A DNA stretch of 16,048 nt. Source: a virus (lineage: Duplodnaviria; Heunggongvirae; Uroviricota; Caudoviricetes). Positions 14,146 through 16,048 of this stretch are shown one piece after another. Position numbers and translations under genes: made by a program. The stretch lies in the IMG/VR virus record IMGVR_UViG_2548876955_000010; one strand, 5' to 3'. Position 1 is the stretch's first letter, and every line of letters starts with the position of its first letter. The notes under the pieces were generated by a model. It made no database searches and was not told the origin of the DNA. It was given only the letters and a program-made list of their open reading frames with translations.

Positions 14146-14898
14146 ATGAACCTTGAAGCCTTACCAAAATATTACTCCCCAAAATCTCCAAAATTGAGCG
14201 ATGACGCTCCAGCGACAGGCACCGGTTGTTTAACAATTACGGATGTAATGGCAGCGCAGGGGATGGTGCAGTCGAAAGCACCACTTGGGTTGGCCTTATT
14301 TCTGGCAAAAGTTGGTGTTCAGGACGCTCAGTTTGCGATTGAAGGCCTGCTAAATTACGCGATGGCACTGGATAACCCGACATTGAACAAATTGAGTGAA
14401 GAAATCCGGTTACAGATTATTCCTTACCTCGTGAATTTTGCCTTTGCTGATTACTCCAGGTCTGCGGCAAGTAAGGCTCGCTGTGAGCATTGTTCAGGTA
14501 CGGGATTTTATAATGTATTGCGCGAAGTGGTGAAACACTACAGACGCGGGGAATCTGTAATCAAGGAAGAATGGGTGAAGGAACTATGTCAGCATTGCCA
14601 TGGTAAGGGCGAAGTCAGCACAGCGTGCAGAGGGTGTAAGGGTAAAGGGATTGTTCTGGATGAAAAAAGAACCCGGTTTCATGGCGTACCGGTATATAAG
14701 ATTTGTGGGCGTTGTAATGGAAACCGGTTTAGTCGTTTACCGACCACGCTGGCACGACGTCATGTCCAGAAGCTGGTACCAGACCTGACCGATTATCAGT
14801 GGTATAAGGGGTATGCGGACGTCATTGGTAAACTGGTAACAAAGTGCTGGCAGGAAGAAGCATACGCGGAAGCGCAATTGAGGAAGGTGACGAGATAA
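14146..14898 (+). CDS. quuQ: Late-gene antiterminator Q homologue (QuuQ-like, 250 aa) with four CxxC zinc-finger-like motifs
   Basis: ATG 14146 with GGAGA RBS. Four CxxC motifs (CEHCSGTG, CQHCHGKG, CRGCKGKG, CGRCNGN), the first three CxxCxGxG. Followed by a strong promoter and terminator. Position after ydfU as in Qin. Confidence 0.82.
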   Translation: MNLEALPKYYSPKSPKLSDDAPATGTGCLTITDVMAAQGMVQSKAPLGLALFLAKVGVQDAQFAIEGLLNYAMALDNPTLNKLSEEIRLQIIPYLVNFAFADYSRSAASKARCEHCSGTGFYNVLREVVKHYRRGESVIKEEWVKELCQHCHGKGEVSTACRGCKGKGIVLDEKRTRFHGVPVYKICGRCNGNRFSRLPTTLARRHVQKLVPDLTDYQWYKGYADVIGKLVTKCWQEEAYAEAQLRKVTR

Positions 14899-14929
14899 AT
14901 GATTTTTGCTGAAGATGGCGACATGATGT

Positions 14930-14958
14930 TTGCATTTTTCAAAAAATATGGATAAAAT
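14930..14958 (+). promoter_or_regulatory. PR'-like late promoter (sigma70 -35 TTGCAT, 17-bp spacer, -10 TAAAAT)
   Basis: -35 at 14930..14935 and -10 at 14953..14958, read directly from sequence. Immediately downstream of Q and about 50 nt upstream of a strong terminator, the classic Q-utilisation layout. Confidence 0.5.
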
Positions 14959-15003
14959 TTTTTCAATGATGGGCTTTGTATACCCGACGTTAAGAAAAAG
15001 TAG

Positions 15004-15030
15004 AAAACCCGCTGATGAGCGGGTTTTGTG
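15004..15030. terminator. Bidirectional rho-independent terminator (tR'-like for the late leader; also terminates cspF)
   Basis: AAAACCCGCT-GATG-AGCGGGTTTT: 6-bp GC-rich stem flanked by an A-run upstream and T-run downstream. Confidence 0.72.
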
Positions 15031-15319
15031 CTTTAAATGGGGCAATGGTAATGTTGAATCTCATCCCGGGACTCATGTCTGTTAACTTATTATTTAGCTG
15101 GTGACTTGGTTATTTGCCTGATGTTTAAAATGTTTTCTTCCAGTACAATGTCCCTAAACACAATGAGTCTGCTTATTATATTATTAGCAGAGCTATTACG
15201 GCCAAAGTACAGCATAAGCTTTTAAAGCCAATCAACCAGTCATCAAGACAGACGGGGTTATTCATAAAAACTCTCCATGTGTGATCCGATGGGGCCTGAA
15301 ATTAAAGCTTTAATATAGC

Positions 15320-15532
15320 TCATGAAAGGTAAACATTGGCAGCTGAAGGGCCACGCAGACCATTTATCCGGCAAAATTCCACGCGTAATCCGGTGGTAAT
15401 TTCTTCTGCATCGCGGAGATTGAGCGCTGAAACATGAAGCTGGACATCGATACGACCATCGGATGGGGTGATAAGACCCTTGCCGCTTTTGCCGTCAAAG
15501 GTTTTGACAATTCCTGTCATTTTACGGGACAA
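15320..15532 (-). CDS. cspF: Cold-shock protein CspF-like (70 aa)
   Basis: [70 protein letters not shown]; cold-shock domain fold signature. Confidence 0.88.
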
Positions 15533-15832
15533 AAAAATTCCTTAATACTGATAACTTGGCGCACTATACACACGTTCCTGAAGAAAGCTATAGTTTTTTG
15601 ATGGGGTTGAAGATGGCTGGATGTCTAAAATAAACATTGCTTCATATGTTCAACTATGCGTTAATGATTGCGTCGGTTTGAAGAACAGACGATATACGAA
15701 GTAGTTTACTAAAGCAGTTCTCATTTCAGGTGTTATTCACTTATTCCTTCTTTGAGTCTCTCCAATTAAGTACGAAGTCGTTTCTGTTATGCAAACCATT
15801 TATGCCGAAAGGCTCAAGTTAAGGAATGTAGA

Positions 15833-16048
15833 ATGTCAAATAAAATGACTGGTTTAGTAAAATGGTTTAACGCTGATAAAGGTTTCGGCTTTATTTCTCC
15901 TGTTGATGGTAGTAAAGATGTGTTTGTGCATTTTTCTGCGATTCAGAATGATAATTATCGAACCTTATTTGAAGGTCAAAAGGTTACCTTCTCTATAGAG
16001 AGTGGTGCTAAAGGTCCTGCAGCAGCAAATGTCATCATTACTGATTAA
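15833..16048 (+). CDS. cspB: Cold-shock protein CspB-like (71 aa)
   Basis: [71 protein letters not shown] with RNP1-like KGFGFI and RNP2-like VFVHF motifs. Long 5' leader (about 300 nt) typical of csp genes. Stop TAA at 16046..16048. Confidence 0.9.
   Translation: MSNKMTGLVKWFNADKGFGFISPVDGSKDVFVHFSAIQNDNYRTLFEGQKVTFSIESGAKGPAAANVIITD

Noticed and set aside
13303-14236. ORFs 13303..13506 (+), 13525..13788 (-), 13785..14147 (-), 14021..14236 (-)
   Set aside because: Internal or antisense to the ydfU-like and Q-like genes.
14600-15045. ORFs 14600..14788 (+) and 14737..15045 (-)
   Set aside because: The first is an alternative frame inside Q; the second is antisense to the Q 3' end and runs through the PR'-like promoter and terminator hairpin.
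1-16048. CRISPR arrays, tRNA/rRNA genes, IS elements or attachment-site repeats
   Set aside because: No regularly spaced direct repeats with unique spacers, no cloverleaf-like tRNA candidates, no transposase ORF or terminal inverted repeats seen. The integrase gene runs to the left edge, so any att site would lie outside the window.

Overview
This window reads as the early/immunity arm of a Qin-like (dicB/dicF-type) lambdoid prophage from an Escherichia-type genome; all identifications come from reading the translations and sequence, with no database search run. Left to right: an intact tyrosine integrase and small excisionase-like gene (minus strand), an intact 823-aa exonuclease VIII-like gene, then the leftward operon ydfD-like / dicB / DicF sRNA / ydfB-C-like / ydfA-like / dicA-like repressor. 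Divergent from dicA are a dicC (Cro-like) gene, a CII/YdaT-like regulator, a replication initiator with a DnaT-like C-terminus and embedded iterons, and a 140-aa hypothetical. Then comes a visibly AT-rich cargo gene encoding an 865-aa P-loop ATPase with a coiled-coil CxxC insertion, which I interpret as a candidate RloC/PrrC-like abortive-infection or anticodon-nuclease defense protein; this is the most interesting feature. Downstream are a mok/hok type I toxin locus, rem-like and ydfU-like genes, a Q antiterminator with a PR'-like promoter and terminator, and a divergent cspF/cspB cold-shock pair. No CRISPR array, tRNA or rRNA was seen.
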